Of a stretch of 10,103 nucleotides of DNA, positions 1-7,885 are shown one piece after another. The notes beneath the pieces were generated by a model. The model did no database searches and was not told where the DNA came from. It saw only the letters and a program-made list of their open reading frames with translations. Each line of letters opens with the position of its first letter. Within the stretch, counting starts at the first letter, position 1. The stretch comes from a virus, in the UHGV virus genome UHGV-0293072; one strand, written 5' to 3'. The position numbers and the translations under genes are program-made.

Positions 1-146
1 ACGGCCAGCACGGTGGGGTATTGTATGCGCGGCGCAATATGGTGGCCGGTGGCTATATCAGCGGCGGCCTGACGCCTGACCAGGTCGAACAATCGGTCTT
101 TGATTATCTGCTGTTTGGTGACGTTGCTATCCTGAAAATTCCTTTG

Positions 147-1958
147 TCATGCTGCTTTCCCAAAGTACCAGCCCGATGGGCGGTCATATTCGTGATCGAT
201 AGGTTCGTTAATTACGGCGTGCGAAATGGCGAAGAAAACATCTGCATGGCCGGTCGCGTCTGAGCGTTCGGCAACAAATGTCAGCGCGTTGCCGCTGTTG
301 GTTGTCGTGCGCCGGATAGCCATAAAGCTGGCCGGAATTTCGACGCGCTCTTTGTTCGTTTCGTCTACGGCGTCTTTTGCCCATTCGATGCGCTTACGCT
401 CGACAACGTCGATCATCTTCATCACCAGGCGGTTTTTGCTTTCGACGCTGTAAAGAATGGGTGTGGCTTCGCGTGGCGCAAATTTGCTGACAAGGTCATA
501 AACGCCCTTACCTATGCCGGTTGTATCGATCCCGATGTAAGTGATGTTAAAGCGGCGCATAAGCTGCTTTATCTGGTCGGCCTGCCAGCTGAAGTTAAAG
601 CCCTGCCATTGCCAGACGGCCAGCACACGGAAGCGCTCGCCGTCCTCTATGGGGGGCGCGATTAACACAAAGGTGGAATTGTCGCCGGATCGTGACGGGT
701 CAAAGCCTGCCCATACTTCGCGATTGCCGAAGGGCCGCGCAGCGGTCAGATCAAAGTCGCCCCATGTGGCCCGGTCCACTTCACAGCCAACAAGCGCGGA
801 GAACTTGAAAACCGCGTCTTTACTGTCAACAAACTGGCACATGTAGAGCATGGCGAACGCGGTCGGGCTGTATTTGTTGCGCAGCCGTTCAATATCGACA
901 AGCGCCCCGAGGCCGCCTTCGATAGCGTCTTCCATCGTGATGATGTAGCGCCAGATCTGGTCCGGGCAAAGAATGCCCTGGCGCATTTCGCTTTCGTTCG
1001 GGAACTTCACACCTTTGCGTTTAGGGTCGTCCCCGCGCCAGGCTTCGCCAGTCCAGACCGGGTAAGCCTGGTGCGTTTTCGCGCTGGGCGTCGAAAAGTA
1101 GGTCGTGCGGTATTTGTTATGCGTTGCCATTGCGCTGGCAACTTCATGCAGGCGCGTGAATTTCGGGATCCAGAAAACCTCATCGCCATACAGGTGGCCG
1201 TTAAAGCCCTGTGCGGTACTGGCGTTCGTGGACAAAAAGCGCAGTATTGCGCCGTTACTGAGGCGGATATTTTTACCCGTCAGCGTCACGCCGAAATGGT
1301 TCTGGGCGATCTGGACGATGTATTCACGGAAGATTTCCGACTGGGAGCGGCTTGCAGAGAAAAAGACCTGGTTGTCACCGGTAATGACGGCGTCTTCAAA
1401 TGCTTCCCAGGCGAAATAATAGGTCATACCCACCTGGCGGCTTTTCAGAATGAAGCGCCAGTCTTCGCCTTTATGTTCGCGGCAGTGCAGCTGGTACTCG
1501 AAGAGATGTTCCCGCGCCCAGGTGTCGAGCATTTCCGCTGTAATACCGGAAACGTCGTTTTTCTTATACCGGCGCTTTCTTTCCCCAGGTTCCCCGCCTG
1601 CGCTGCTGAGGCAGTACCCTTCACCATCATAAGCCGCTTTCTGGGCCTGAATTTCTGCCAGCTTTTCGGCGTGCTTGTTGTGCTGCGCCATGAGCTTCAC
1701 ATGATGGGCAATCAGATCGCGTAGTTCCTCCAGTTCCAGCGCGGTTTTTTTCTCGCGGCGGGAGAGCTGGTCGATACGGCGGGCGATGACATTTTCCACC
1801 GATTCAACAGGCAGCAGTGATGCCCACTTCCCGACGTCAGCCCAGTGGTAAATTGTACGCGGTGGAATATTCAGTTCCTGCGCAATATCTTTCGGCGACC
1901 AGCTTTTTATATAAAGCGTGCGGGCCGCTTCTTTTAATTCATCGGAATATTTAGCCAT
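147..1958 (-). CDS. Phage terminase large (ATPase) subunit, P2 GpP-like
   Basis: 603-aa ORF, ATG at 1958-1956 and TGA at 149-147. Size, N-terminus (MAKYSDELKEAARTLYIKSW) and position divergent from a scaffold-capsid operon match the P2-family terminase ATPase arrangement. Family assignment is from recall, not a search. Confidence 0.85.
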   Translation of the reverse strand: MAKYSDELKEAARTLYIKSWSPKDIAQELNIPPRTIYHWADVGKWASLLPVESVENVIARRIDQLSRREKKTALELEELRDLIAHHVKLMAQHNKHAEKLAEIQAQKAAYDGEGYCLSSAGGEPGERKRRYKKNDVSGITAEMLDTWAREHLFEYQLHCREHKGEDWRFILKSRQVGMTYYFAWEAFEDAVITGDNQVFFSASRSQSEIFREYIVQIAQNHFGVTLTGKNIRLSNGAILRFLSTNASTAQGFNGHLYGDEVFWIPKFTRLHEVASAMATHNKYRTTYFSTPSAKTHQAYPVWTGEAWRGDDPKRKGVKFPNESEMRQGILCPDQIWRYIITMEDAIEGGLGALVDIERLRNKYSPTAFAMLYMCQFVDSKDAVFKFSALVGCEVDRATWGDFDLTAARPFGNREVWAGFDPSRSGDNSTFVLIAPPIEDGERFRVLAVWQWQGFNFSWQADQIKQLMRRFNITYIGIDTTGIGKGVYDLVSKFAPREATPILYSVESKNRLVMKMIDVVERKRIEWAKDAVDETNKERVEIPASFMAIRRTTTNSGNALTFVAERSDATGHADVFFAISHAVINEPIDHEYDRPSGWYFGKAA

Positions 1959-2135
1959 GCGGCTATTATGGCGGGATTATTTTGCAGAATTGATAATTAA
2001 ATATCGGTAAAAAGTGGCTATCCCATTATAACCGAATACATAAGAAATAAAGCGGTCGCGCTGTATTAATCAATTCGCAATACTGACCACCACAAACGAA
2101 TCATTGCTATTTTAATTCTTCAATAAAGGTCAGTT
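1959..2135. promoter_or_regulatory. Divergent AT-rich intergenic region, probable late promoters for the leftward terminase operon and the rightward scaffold-capsid operon
   Basis: 177-bp AT-rich gap between divergent starts at 1958 (-) and 2136 (+). Contains an imperfect dyad TGTATT-N11-AATACT at 2062-2084, i.e. TGT-N12-GCA rather than the canonical P2 Ogr-type TGT-N12-ACA. No confident -10/-35 identified. Confidence 0.4.
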
Positions 2136-3197
2136 ATGCCGCAATCTCATTACCGCACGGATTGGCTATGTATTGCCACATCTGGACAGGCTGTGGACGG
2201 TCGCACCATTGAACCGCAATGGTTGATTGATGCGGCAGAAACCTACACCCGCAAAACCTACACCGCCATGATTTGGCCGCACCACCCGCAATACGATATC
2301 GGCGAGCGTGAATTTACCTGCAACCTGGGTGAAGTGGACGCGCTGAAAGTGGAAACGGAAGGTGACGTCACGAAGTTATATGCCCAGTTAATCCCGAATC
2401 AATTTTTAATTGATGCCAACCGTATGGGGCAAAAGTTATTTACGTCAGCAGAATTTGTCACTGATTTTGCAGGCAGTGGTCGTGAATATCTTTTCGGGCT
2501 GGCTGTGACGGATATTCCGGCAAGTCTGGGAACGGAAAAACTTAAATTTGTTTTAGCCGGTGAAGAAAAAGACGCCGAGCGCGGGAGTCTGGAAACATTC
2601 AGCTTAGGGAAATTACAGACAAGTAAACCAGATAAAAAAGATTCTTTCTGGTCGCGTTTATTTTCGGCCAGTAAAGATTTTACGCCAACGCCAGAGCCAA
2701 ACACTGATAAGCCCACCGAGGGCGACGGAGAAAAAATGGAAGAATTAAAAGCGCTCATTCAGCAAATGCTGGATCTGCTTAAAAGCGGGAAAGACGCCGC
2801 AGCGGGTGACGCTGACACGGTTGATACCCCGGAACAGGCCGCAGATGTGGTGGCAGATGTTGCCGCCCAGATCGCTGATGCTGCCGACGAGGTGGCCGAG
2901 CTGGCGCAGGACGTTATCGAAAACCCGGAAGACGAAGTCAAAGCGGAAGAATTCAGCGCCGCCAAAGCCAACCTGGCAAAAGTCATGAAGTCATTCAATG
3001 TGACGCCAGCGAAGCGCCCACGCGCCAGCCGTCGCCGTGACTTTTCCGCCCGTCGCCAGCCCGCTGACAACCCAATGGACAACCTCGCCACGCAACTGAC
3101 TACCGCCCTGACCAAGTTGTCAGCGCTGGAAAACGGCAATACGCGCCGCCCTGGCAGCGCACCAGGTGGAAACAAAGAACCGTTTGAGTTTGTTTAA
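2136..3197 (+). CDS. Capsid scaffolding protein, P2 GpO-like
   Basis: 353-aa ORF with Shine-Dalgarno AAAGG 6 nt upstream of ATG 2136. It sits immediately upstream of the major capsid gene and has a long acidic Ala/Asp/Glu-rich C-terminal half typical of scaffolds. P2 gene order P | O N M L. Confidence 0.8.
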   Translation: MPQSHYRTDWLCIATSGQAVDGRTIEPQWLIDAAETYTRKTYTAMIWPHHPQYDIGEREFTCNLGEVDALKVETEGDVTKLYAQLIPNQFLIDANRMGQKLFTSAEFVTDFAGSGREYLFGLAVTDIPASLGTEKLKFVLAGEEKDAERGSLETFSLGKLQTSKPDKKDSFWSRLFSASKDFTPTPEPNTDKPTEGDGEKMEELKALIQQMLDLLKSGKDAAAGDADTVDTPEQAADVVADVAAQIADAADEVAELAQDVIENPEDEVKAEEFSAAKANLAKVMKSFNVTPAKRPRASRRRDFSARRQPADNPMDNLATQLTTALTKLSALENGNTRRPGSAPGGNKEPFEFV

Positions 3198-3225
3198 CAG
3201 CCATTCTTTTCAGGAATAAAAGATT

Positions 3226-4248
3226 ATGCAATTAACCCCAAAAGCAGAGCAGATGCTGCGTAAGTTTGCCGCAGGCCTGGCGAAAGCTAACGGCCAGGTG
3301 GACACGTCGCGCTACTTCTCGCTGACCAATCCGAAAGAAACCCAGCTGCGCAATGCCCTGTTGCAACAGTCTGAGTTCCTGCGCCTGCTGCCTAACGTAC
3401 TGGATGTGGACCAGATCACCGGCCAGGTGGTCAGCACCGGTAAACCGGGTATTTATACCGGGCGCAAAAAGGACGGTCGTTTCTCCCGCCCCCTGGGTGT
3501 TACCGGGAATGAATACAAGCTGGTAGAAACGGATTCCGGTTCGTATCTGCCTTACTCCCTGCTGGTTGTCTGGGCGAACGCGGGCAGTGAAGAGGAGTTC
3601 TTCCAGCGTATTCAGGCATTCAGCAACGAATCATTCGCGCTGGATATGCTGCGCGTGGCATTTAACGGTACAAGTGTTGCAGACGATACCGACCCGGAAA
3701 CCAACCCGAACGGCGAAGACGTCAACATCGGCTGGCACCAAATCGTTAAGGCCCGTTCGTCCGAACAGATTATTTCTGATGCCGTCACTATTGGCGCGTC
3801 GGGGGCTGACTTTATTGGTCTGGATGCGGCAGTCACTGACCTGGTGCACACCTGTATTTATGAGCCATTCCGCAATGACCCGCGCCTGGTTGTGCTGGCT
3901 TCCGCCGACCTTATCGGCAACGACGCCACCACGATGATGAATAAGATTGATCGCCCGACTGAGAAAGTCGCCGCGCAGCTTATTGGTCGCCAGATTGCTG
4001 GCCGTACCGTGTACACCCCGCCGTTTATGCCGGAGGGCCGCCTTATCGTCACCACGCTGGACAATCTGCATATCTACACCCAGCAGGGTACACGTAAGCG
4101 TAAAGCGGAATGGAACGACGACCGCAAGCGCTTCGAGAATAACTATCTGCGCATGGAAGGTTACGGCGTCGAGCATGACGAGCTGTATGCAGCATTCGAC
4201 AAAATCACCCTTGCGACCGGCGAAGTTGCACCGGGAGGGAGCGCATAA
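3226..4248 (+). CDS. Major capsid protein, P2 GpN family
   Basis: 340-aa ORF. Recalled P2 GpN-like blocks: VAFNGTS, NPNGEDVNIGWHQ, YEPFRNDPRLVVLASADLIG, and the C-terminal EHDELYAAFDKITLATGEV. Stop TAA at 4246-4248 lies 2 nt before the next ATG. Confidence 0.85.
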   Translation: MQLTPKAEQMLRKFAAGLAKANGQVDTSRYFSLTNPKETQLRNALLQQSEFLRLLPNVLDVDQITGQVVSTGKPGIYTGRKKDGRFSRPLGVTGNEYKLVETDSGSYLPYSLLVVWANAGSEEEFFQRIQAFSNESFALDMLRVAFNGTSVADDTDPETNPNGEDVNIGWHQIVKARSSEQIISDAVTIGASGADFIGLDAAVTDLVHTCIYEPFRNDPRLVVLASADLIGNDATTMMNKIDRPTEKVAAQLIGRQIAGRTVYTPPFMPEGRLIVTTLDNLHIYTQQGTRKRKAEWNDDRKRFENNYLRMEGYGVEHDELYAAFDKITLATGEVAPGGSA

Positions 4249-4250
4249 AA

Positions 4251-4952
4251 ATGGCCATGACCCCGTGTCAGCGACACCGAGCACGCGCGAAAGCCGCAAA
4301 GGCGCTGGATAAGTGCGAAGCACTGACGGCATCGCCGGTCAGCTTTCACATTCAAATGCTGGAGCTGGAAAAGGATGTTGAACGGCTTCGCAGTCTGACG
4401 CGTGCAGACCGTATGGACATGAAGCGCGACGTTCTTCTGCCGCGCTGGATGCCGACCGTTGAGGCATATCTTGCCGGTGATGCCCGCTTTGCCAATCCGG
4501 CCCTGGTTTACTGCGTGATCTGGCTGTTCGATACGGGGGAAATGGGCAAGGCGCTGGACTGGGCTGACGTGGCTATCAGTGAGAGCCAGGCCACGCCGGA
4601 GAACTTCAAAAGCAACCTGCCCGCCTTTGTGGCCGACACGGTGCTGGAGTGGGCGATCATGCAGGCGGAAGCCGGTCACAGCATCGAACCCTATTTCAGC
4701 CGCACGTTTGAAAACATCCGCGAAAAGTGGCGTTTGCACGAAGACATTAACGCGAAGTGGTTCAAATTCGCCGGTCTTTACCTGCTGCGCGACGAGAAGG
4801 GCCAGCCGCGTGCCACTGCCGTGGATGATGTGAATACGCTGGAACAGGCCGACGCCCTGCTGGCCCAGGCGGCGGCGTACAACAAAAACGCCGGAGTTAA
4901 GACCATGCGCGAAAAAATCCGCGCCCGGATTAACGGCCTGACCCAGCTTTAA
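4251..4952 (+). CDS. Terminase small (endonuclease) subunit, P2 GpM-like
   Basis: 233-aa ORF directly after the capsid gene, with a GGGAGGGA Shine-Dalgarno upstream. Position and size fit P2 GpM. Confidence 0.75.
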   Translation: MAMTPCQRHRARAKAAKALDKCEALTASPVSFHIQMLELEKDVERLRSLTRADRMDMKRDVLLPRWMPTVEAYLAGDARFANPALVYCVIWLFDTGEMGKALDWADVAISESQATPENFKSNLPAFVADTVLEWAIMQAEAGHSIEPYFSRTFENIREKWRLHEDINAKWFKFAGLYLLRDEKGQPRATAVDDVNTLEQADALLAQAAAYNKNAGVKTMREKIRARINGLTQL

Positions 4953-5054
4953 CGACTCCCGCAAGCCGGGACGGGCGCGGGGGAGGCATCAACCATACGG
5001 TTGTTGGCCGTGGAACCCGTCAGCCCGTTTCTATTGCAAAACCGAGGTACGCCA

Positions 5055-5528
5055 ATGAGTGGCCCTAGTTTCAGTATCAGCGGCAAGCCGGTGACGGTGA
5101 CGCCAACAGCGATCACCAACGGCGTGGCGTTCTGGCCCGATCTTGATCTGGCCGAGTTTCAGAAGGTGCGCACGTTGCCCGCTGACCTGCCGCCAGAAAC
5201 GGCAGGCGTGGCCCTGCTGGCCGCCATTGCGGAGGTAAACGACGCGCTGGCCGACGTGGTGACGTACTGGAACGCGAAAGCCTACGAACGGGCCGCAGAT
5301 GTACCGGGTGCAAAGATGGGCGACGAAACCCAATTAAAAGCCCAGTAAAAAAAAGCGGTCTACGCCCGCGCAAAGGCCGATTTACTGGGGGAATTCGCCA
5401 CCATCGGGCGACGTGAATCGCATCCGGGGCAGGAAAGCCAGGACACCCGCGCCAGCCTGCTGGCCGAGGCGGCCAATGTGATGCGAAACATGCTGCGACA
5501 ACCACGCGTTGGGGTGCATCTGATATGA
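5055..5528 (+). pseudogene. Head completion/stabilisation protein (P2 GpL-like) interrupted by an in-frame TAA at 5346-5348
   Basis: ATG 5055 with GAGG 7 nt upstream. The frame is open 5055-5345, hits TAA at 5346-5348, then the same frame stays open for 59 more sense codons (KKAVYARAKADLLGEFATIGRRESHPGQ...RVGVHLI) to TGA 5526-5528, which overlaps the ATG of the next gene. Combined length would be 157 aa, in the size range of GpL. Confidence 0.65.
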
Positions 5529-6001
5529 GCCAGCTTGAAAGCCTGACGGCGTTTATTACGGAAAATCTGCCGCCTGATGCCATGCAGATGTTTTCCAGTT
5601 CAATGGAGGATTGCGAGCTGGTACGCAACGCCAAAGCGCTGGGAAACAACCAGCGCCGGATCGGGGTGCTGACTTATACCGCCCGTTTGTCGTGGGATGA
5701 TTTCCCCTACCGCAAATATTCGCCGGGGCTGATTTATGCCCTGGTGCTGGCCTGGGTAGATGAGTTCGCCAACGAGCTGCGCGACGAGCTGAAGTTAGCC
5801 GATCCCACCGTGGACCCGGAGTTCGACGACGAAGGGTCATGCATTCTGGATGTGGTTGTCCCGCTGGTTGATCCGCTGGTCCTGCGTGAAGTGGAAAAAG
5901 GGCCGATCCCCTTCAAGGGTAAGAAATGGGACATCGTAAACCCCGAAATCTGGGAGGCGTCGCAACTGGAATTTATTGTCCAGCGTGGTGAGGCATCGTG
6001 A
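5525..6001 (+). CDS. Hypothetical phage structural protein in the neck/tail-completion position (possibly Mu gp36/DUF1320-like)
   Basis: 158-aa ORF. Its ATG 5525 overlaps the upstream TGA (ATGA) and its TGA 5999-6001 overlaps the downstream GTG start, indicating translational coupling. The family suggestion is a weak recollection only. Confidence 0.6.
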   Translation: MSQLESLTAFITENLPPDAMQMFSSSMEDCELVRNAKALGNNQRRIGVLTYTARLSWDDFPYRKYSPGLIYALVLAWVDEFANELRDELKLADPTVDPEFDDEGSCILDVVVPLVDPLVLREVEKGPIPFKGKKWDIVNPEIWEASQLEFIVQRGEAS

Positions 6002-6693
6002 TCCGTGGGGAGCTGAACCAACAACAGCTAAAGCAAATGCGGGAAACGCTGGCAAAAGCTGACCTTCCCCCGCGTAAGCGCCAGCGCCTTTTATGGCGTA
6101 TTGCAAAGCTGGGCATTGTCACAGCGGCAAAACGTCACCAGCGCCAGCAGGCGGCCCCGGACGGTACGCCGTGGGAGCCGCGCAAGCGTGGCAAAGGGAA
6201 AATGTTAAAAGGGCTGCCCAAACTGCTGGCTGTGCGTGAAATGCCGGAGATTCAGGGGGTAAGAATTTACCTCAAGGGCGGGAACTACCTGAACGGGACG
6301 AAGCCCATTGCGGCGGGTCTGGTCGGTGCGGTCCAGCAGGACGGTGCGCGGATCCAGATGAAAGCCAGTAACGCCCCGCGTAAGCCGCAGATTAACCAGC
6401 CCGCGTTACCGCGACAGGCCAAACGGCTGCGGGCGCTGGGCTACAAAACCCGCAAGGGTAAACGATGGGTTAAGCCGTCCAGCAGGCAAATCATGGAAAC
6501 CATGAGCATGGCCCAGGCGGGATTACTGATTCGAAAACTGAAAGGCACACCCTCAAAACGCACATGGACCATTGATATTCCTGGACGCGTTTTTCTGGGG
6601 GTGAGCAATGACGAATTTAACCAAATTATTGCGCGGCAAATGCAGGCAATCGGCTTCGGCTGGGACGTCACCGCGCAGCAAATCAGGGGGTAA
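5998..6693 (+). CDS. Phage virion morphogenesis / tail completion protein (P2 GpS, Mu gpK family)
   Basis: 231-aa basic protein with GTG start preceded by GGTGAGG. Motifs GTPWEPRKRGKG, RKGKRWVKP and IDIPGRVFLGV resemble the recalled W..P..R..G / GKRW / IPARPFL signature of the virion morphogenesis family. Confidence 0.65.
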   Translation: MIRGELNQQQLKQMRETLAKADLPPRKRQRLLWRIAKLGIVTAAKRHQRQQAAPDGTPWEPRKRGKGKMLKGLPKLLAVREMPEIQGVRIYLKGGNYLNGTKPIAAGLVGAVQQDGARIQMKASNAPRKPQINQPALPRQAKRLRALGYKTRKGKRWVKPSSRQIMETMSMAQAGLLIRKLKGTPSKRTWTIDIPGRVFLGVSNDEFNQIIARQMQAIGFGWDVTAQQIRG

Positions 6694-7146
6694 AAATGAC
6701 CTGGCCTACAGTCAACGTCAGTCAGAAAAACCGCTTCAACGGCACAACGAACGACGTCGAGCGCGTCATCCTCTTTGTGGGTTACGGCGACACTAACATC
6801 GGGAAAACCCAGTCGCTGAATACCGGCAGCGATCTGGATAAAGCCCTGGGCGACAAAGACAGCCCGTTAAAAAATATGGTGGCCGCTGCGGCCAATAACG
6901 CCGGACAGAACTGGTTTGCTTACGTGCATGTGCTGGCAGAGCCAGACAAGGGAGCCGAGGGCTACAAACCAGACGAAGACTGGATGAACGCAGTCAAACA
7001 GGCCCAGAGCGTGGCATCCGTGGAAGGGGTTGTCCTGGCATTTGATACCGCCGCCGCGGCCACCATTAACCGCGCAACGGAAATGCGCGTCACCTTACAG
7101 GCCAGTTTTGGGCGTTTTATCTGGTTTGCCCTTGCTGTGGGTGGGC

Positions 7147-7190
7147 CCGAAAAAGACGAAGTCATAATCGTGATACCACATCGGCACGCT
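7147..7190. repeat. Left junction repeats: A (7147-7161, ccgaaaaagacgaag) followed by B (7162-7190, tcataatcgtgataccacatcggcacgct)
   Basis: Exact reverse complements are present at 7454-7468 (A') and 7469-7497 (B'); verified base by base. Confidence 0.9.
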
Positions 7191-7468
7191 GTAGCGGCTT
7201 GCCTGCAAAGACTGCAACACAGCCAGATCAATTTCTGCGCCCGTCCCGTCCACCGGCAGGCCGTCGCGCCCCAGCGCGGTGACTGCACCGGTTGCGACGC
7301 GGGCGGGGCTGTCTGCCACCGTCACCGAACGGTTACACAGGCGACCAACCAGGACGCCGGGTTCGTTACCCCACAGGCGCGGGACCAGTTGCACCCCAGG
7401 CGAGGCAATACCGGCCTGGAGTTCAGCCAGGCGCGTCACATAGTCGCTCCATGCTTCGTCTTTTTCGG
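7162..7468 (-). other. Inverted internal block of the sheath-like gene (coding sense on minus strand)
   Basis: The minus strand reads SEKDE-AWSDYVTRLAELQAGIASPGVQLVPRLWGNEPGVLVGRLCNRSVTVADSPARVATGAVTALGRDGLPVDGTGAEIDLAVLQSLQASRY-SVPMWYHDYD, sharing EKDE with the plus-strand N-terminal fragment and SVPMWYHDYD with the plus-strand C-terminal fragment. Confidence 0.75.
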
Positions 7469-7497
7469 AGCGTGCCGATGTGGTATCACGATTATGA
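7454..7497. repeat. Right junction repeats: A' (7454-7468, cttcgtctttttcgg) followed by B' (7469-7497, agcgtgccgatgtggtatcacgattatga)
   Basis: Reverse complements of A and B at the left junction. The order on the right is A'-B', not B'-A' as a simple 44-bp inverted repeat would give. Confidence 0.9.
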
Positions 7498-7885
7498 CGG
7501 CATCTACTGGGCTGACGGTCGCACCCTGGACGTTGAAGGCGGTGATTATCAGGTGATTGAAAACGTGCGCGTGGTTGATAAAGCCTCCCGCCGCGTCCGT
7601 CTGCGTGCAATCCCTAAAATTGCCGATCGTTCGCTGAACAGTACACCGGGCAGCATTGCCGCGCATGAAACCTATTTCGGCAAGCCGCTGCGTGAAATGG
7701 CGATTTCAACCCAGATCAATGGTGTCGAATTTCCGGGCGAAGTGAAGCCACCAAAAGACGGCGATATCACCATCACCTGGACCAGTAGCGAAGCGGTACA
7801 GATTTACCTTGTGGTTCGACCGTATGAGAGCGCGAAAGAAATCGGCGTCAGCATCGAACTGGACACCTCACTGGAGAGCTAACCA

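Larger units (their letters stand above)
6696..7882 (+). pseudogene. Tail sheath-like protein gene disrupted by inversion of an internal segment
   Basis: ATG 6696 with AGGGGG Shine-Dalgarno. A coherent N-terminal 155 codons (6696-7160) and a coherent C-terminal part (7469-7882, ending TAA 7880-7882) flank a middle part that encodes sensible protein only on the minus strand (7453-7191). Joining 6696-7161 + reverse complement of 7191-7453 + 7469-7882 gives 1143 nt, 380 codons, in frame at both junctions. The sheath call rests on size and on being followed by a ~150-aa tube-like gene. Confidence 0.7.

Noticed and set aside
21-263. 80-aa plus-strand ORF overlapping the terminase 3' end
   Set aside because: The part within 147-263 is antisense to the terminase and reads as junk. 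Only the 1-146 portion is coding-like, and that is reported separately as the portal-edge anomaly.
1071-1724. 217-aa plus-strand ORF, and other ORFs antisense to the terminase (226-453, 541-846, 1105-1419)
   Set aside because: They lie inside the well-supported terminase gene, are Arg/Cys/His-rich low-complexity translations, and are typical shadow ORFs.
3631-4964. Long minus-strand ORFs (3631-4332, 4161-4964) antisense to the capsid and small terminase genes
   Set aside because: Shadow ORFs of GC-rich coding sequence; no start context; the translations are Arg/Gln/His-rich.
4958-4981. GC-rich dyad between the small terminase and head-completion genes as a terminator
   Set aside because: Short stem with a long loop and no following T-run; the downstream gene has its own Shine-Dalgarno and is probably co-transcribed.
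5341-5389. 9-bp inverted repeat (cccagtaaa / tttactggg) bracketing the in-frame TAA of the head-completion gene
   Set aside because: Too short to distinguish from chance in 10 kb, and flipping the enclosed 31 bp does not remove the stop codon.
7147-7497. Reversible Gin/Hin/Cin-type invertible switch controlling the sheath gene
   Set aside because: The repeats are arranged A-B ... A'-B' rather than as one inverted repeat, recombination at either pair leaves a 44-bp frameshifting insertion, and no invertase gene is present in the window. A one-off rearrangement or an assembly chimera is more likely.
7095-7610. 171-aa minus-strand ORF as an independent gene
   Set aside because: Only its central 98 aa are protein-like, and they correspond to the inverted middle of the sheath-like gene. 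Its N- and C-terminal parts are antisense read-through of sheath sequence.
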